Sequence record: MT701590.1 | Origin: Klebsiella phage Miami | Strand: one strand, 5' to 3' | Length of the DNA: 64,000 nucleotides | In this document: positions 61,472 through 64,000 of the stretch, one piece after another | Layout of the letters: each line of letters starts with the position of its first letter | Position numbering within the stretch: position 1 is the stretch's first letter | The notes under the pieces: generated by a model | Database searches by the model: none | What the model was told of the DNA's origin: nothing | Seen by the model: the letters and a program-made list of their open reading frames with translations, nothing else | Translations under genes and position numbers: made by a program

Positions 61472-64000
61472 GCGTATTATACCAACAGTTCTTCCGCAAT
61501 TTTGTTCTTAGGAAAAAACAAGAAATTACAAATCCTAAGTTTCACCATCTGACGGATATGGTGTTGCCGAGAGAATCGGTAATGATGTATCTACCGAAGA
61601 CGCAAGAAGATATCGGCCCGAGTACCGAGGAGCCCTTAATAGGGACTTACCCTGATGGGGTTAACATTTATTTCAACAGTCTTTATATAACCCCCATCGG
61701 AAGAACTCGACCCGTTCCCTTTAACGAAAAGCAATCTATACAGCTTTATCGTAAAAGCCATTTCAAATACAACTGGGCGAGGACGTTGTCCAACTACCTG
61801 AGTCGTCGTCAGGAACTGTTGGTAAACAACATAGCGATGGGACCTCATCGTCACCGTTATGTCTTTACTCGCTTTGTTCAGTTCGAACGAGCTTACAACC
61901 AACTGGCTTCTGGGATTGAAGCGGTTAAACAAATGAGTAAGGAAACGACCCGCCATCAATACTGGCGAATAGAACTTCCTCCAGCCATCCCCGATTATCG
62001 TCAGCTACTGGTAGCAGTCGATCATTATAAGAAGGCGTTCAAAGACGGCGTTTATACCACGACTGACAATCAGGCGGTACTCCCGTTTAAGGGTTACGGT
62101 TCTTATTGGATCATGGACTGGTATCTCTTCTTGATAGGCGAAAAGAACTACAGTCTGTTTAATCGCTTAGATAAAGAAGAAATGGATAAACTCCACATCA
62201 TCTTTAGTCATAATGGACTCAGCTGGGTAGTTAACCTTGGTATCGTCTCTCAATGGATGGAAGAACTTAACGACAAGCACGGCAATCCCACCAGTATGCG
62301 TGTTAACGCGGCTAAACGGTTCCTGCTTGGATTTAGGGCTCTGATAGCGGGCGGCACGCTAAGTGAAACCATAGAGGAGAAACCTCATGCCGCAGAGAAT
62401 GTCGGATTGGGTACTGGAACGCCAGAAGAGGAAAGAAGAAGCCAGGAAGTTAATAAGGAATCAGAAGAAGAACCGCTGGATCTCGATGAGTCTGAAGAGA
62501 TTACTGATCAGTCTGTTACTATGCTTGATCTTTTCATGGGCAGCAAAAAGGCTGATACAGAATCTGATGATGACCAAGGAGGAGAGGATTCAGGAGGAGC
62601 TGATGAGAATCACGGAGAAGAGTGGGCTGCAGCGGTCGACGATGAATTACTTTATAACGCCGAAACAGAAGGACTAGGGGAAACCAAGAAAGTTATTTTC
62701 AGTACCCCGGAATCTGGCATCCTGAGAGCCTTAGAGCAAAGAGCCAAGGCCGGGACATTAACTGTTGCGGAACAACGTTATTACACTAATCTCGCGCAAT
62801 CATACAAAACAATCAAAATGCCTAACGGTGAAAGTCTTGAAAGTTTTGTTAAGATCGATCAGGCCAAACTCCGCCACCTTCCTGCTAAAATTGCTCCTGA
62901 GATGAGAGGGATCATCGACCCTTCTCAGCTACAAAGTAGAGCGACAAATCTTAAAACGAAATACTCTGAAGAATTCCTTAACCGGGATATCGCCGGGATG
63001 ATTCTTAACATTCAGAACGCCGGTATCGTTTTAACCGACCTGAAACGTGAACGTATCGTCAATGCGGAATCGGCTTACGACGTTTATACCATGAACGTTC
63101 ATCCTGTTGGCGGATCGCCTAAGACCGCAATGTTCCGTATCCCCAAAATTGACAAAGACGGAACCTTCACTGTCGATGGGGTAAAACAACATCTTCAACT
63201 TCAGCGTATGGAAATACCGATTCGTAAGATAAACTCGGAGCAGGTTGCTTTGACGAGTTATTATGACCGCAAGATCATGATGTCTCGTTCTACCAAGGTC
63301 GCCGACGATTACGGATTGTGGCTGAACAAGCAGCTTATTCTGTTGGGCGAAGCCGGTAAAGTATCCGGGGTGTTGGGCGATGTCTATAATCGTAGTTACG
63401 CTGTTCCTCGTACTTATTCTGCGTTAGCCAAACGGTATCGGTCATTAAAGGCGGGTGGGATTGAATTCAACTTCGATCTTTCTAGTCTTGTTGGATCAGA
63501 GAAAGAAATCAATAAGCTGATTTCTCCTAACTGGGTTCCGGTGGCTAAAGAAGGTGACGACTTCATCTTTATGGATGATGGCGGTAACCTTTATAAAGAT
63601 AAGACACACATTGGTTCTTTCGAAAGCCGCTGTGGAATTGACACGACGAAAGCCCCAGTCGATATCGTTACGGTGAATGTAAACGGATACGCCTTCCCTA
63701 TCGGGGTAGTGCTGGCTTACTACTTCGGATTCGACGAACTTCTTAAAGCACTCAATGCTGACTATCGGACCGTTCCGGCCGGTGAGAAAGTTCGGATGGG
63801 TCAGGACGAATACGCGATAACCTTTAACGATGAAACGCTCATTTTCAACAGACGGGATAGTTTAACCGCACTCATTATGGGTGGGTTCCGGAAGTTAGCG
63901 AATTTGAGTAACTTCTCTCGTTATGACCTAAACACGAAAGGTGTGTGGGTGCCGGCTATCGGGGATAAGAAAGTCAAACCGGGTCATTTTGATGAAATGC
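61468..64000 (+). CDS. long ORF (>840 aa, runs off the window end); possible additional RNAP subunit fragment or virion protein
   Basis: ATGA-coupled to the beta-prime fragment; no stop through 64000 in this frame; acidic low-complexity linker around 62400..62650; no motif I can assign. Confidence 0.5.
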   Translation, partial: MSVLYQQFFRNFVLRKKQEITNPKFHHLTDMVLPRESVMMYLPKTQEDIGPSTEEPLIGTYPDGVNIYFNSLYITPIGRTRPVPFNEKQSIQLYRKSHFKYNWARTLSNYLSRRQELLVNNIAMGPHRHRYVFTRFVQFERAYNQLASGIEAVKQMSKETTRHQYWRIELPPAIPDYRQLLVAVDHYKKAFKDGVYTTTDNQAVLPFKGYGSYWIMDWYLFLIGEKNYSLFNRLDKEEMDKLHIIFSHNGLSWVVNLGIVSQWMEELNDKHGNPTSMRVNAAKRFLLGFRALIAGGTLSETIEEKPHAAENVGLGTGTPEEERRSQEVNKESEEEPLDLDESEEITDQSVTMLDLFMGSKKADTESDDDQGGEDSGGADENHGEEWAAAVDDELLYNAETEGLGETKKVIFSTPESGILRALEQRAKAGTLTVAEQRYYTNLAQSYKTIKMPNGESLESFVKIDQAKLRHLPAKIAPEMRGIIDPSQLQSRATNLKTKYSEEFLNRDIAGMILNIQNAGIVLTDLKRERIVNAESAYDVYTMNVHPVGGSPKTAMFRIPKIDKDGTFTVDGVKQHLQLQRMEIPIRKINSEQVALTSYYDRKIMMSRSTKVADDYGLWLNKQLILLGEAGKVSGVLGDVYNRSYAVPRTYSALAKRYRSLKAGGIEFNFDLSSLVGSEKEINKLISPNWVPVAKEGDDFIFMDDGGNLYKDKTHIGSFESRCGIDTTKAPVDIVTVNVNGYAFPIGVVLAYYFGFDELLKALNADYRTVPAGEKVRMGQDEYAITFNDETLIFNRRDSLTALIMGGFRKLANLSNFSRYDLNTKGVWVPAIGDKKVKPGHFDEM

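Noticed and set aside
1-64000. CRISPR arrays, rRNA, integrase or transposase genes
   Set aside because: No spaced direct repeats, no rRNA-like conserved stretches, no DDE/tyrosine-recombinase motifs noticed.

Overview
This is a gene-dense, roughly 45% GC window, mostly coding on the + strand, that reads as an accessory/early region of a large (jumbo) phage; all calls were made by eye from the sequence with no searches run. The strongest lineage clue is at the 3' end: a 2268-aa virion-type giant protein carrying a GH19/COG3179-like peptidoglycan-hydrolase motif (53031..59837, -) lies back-to-back with a multisubunit-RNAP beta-prime fragment bearing the catalytic DFDGDQ motif (59858..61471, +). 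That neighbourhood resembles what I recall of phiKZ-like (Chimalliviridae) phages, where a giant virion protein sits next to split virion-RNAP subunit genes. Confidently recognisable genes are a NadR-type bifunctional NMN adenylyltransferase/ribosylnicotinamide kinase followed directly by the PnuC nicotinamide-riboside transporter (phage NAD+ salvage), thymidylate synthase, thymidine kinase, a GroEL-like chaperonin with no GroES, an SF2/SNF2-like helicase, a BCS1-like membrane AAA+ ATPase, two paralogous calcineurin-like metallophosphoesterases, a DnaQ-like DEDDh exonuclease and a HigA (COG3093)-family HTH antitoxin-like gene with no HigB partner. HigA is embedded in an operon with a phosphoesterase, a 2-TM protein and an SPFH/band-7 lipoprotein. 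Lower-confidence domain calls are a Pol-beta-type nucleotidyltransferase, RyR domain, LysM domain, DUF1353, transglutaminase-like protease, an AlpA/excisionase-type HTH and a host-like XRE HTH. Non-coding structure is rich: a family of intrinsic-terminator hairpins sharing a TCCTAC/GTAGGA core, several bidirectional terminators flanking minus-strand islands, perfect palindromes positioned as operators in front of three codon-biased (host-like, GC3-rich) stand-alone cistrons, a 20-nt exact repeat before two GTG-initiated genes, and a conserved TTTAGGA-N-AACATCATG translation-initiation signature. No rRNA, tRNA or CRISPR was detected by eye. The most interesting candidates for new biology are the NadR-PnuC NAD-reconstitution module, the orphan HigA operon and the paralogous phosphoesterases, all plausible anti-defence functions.
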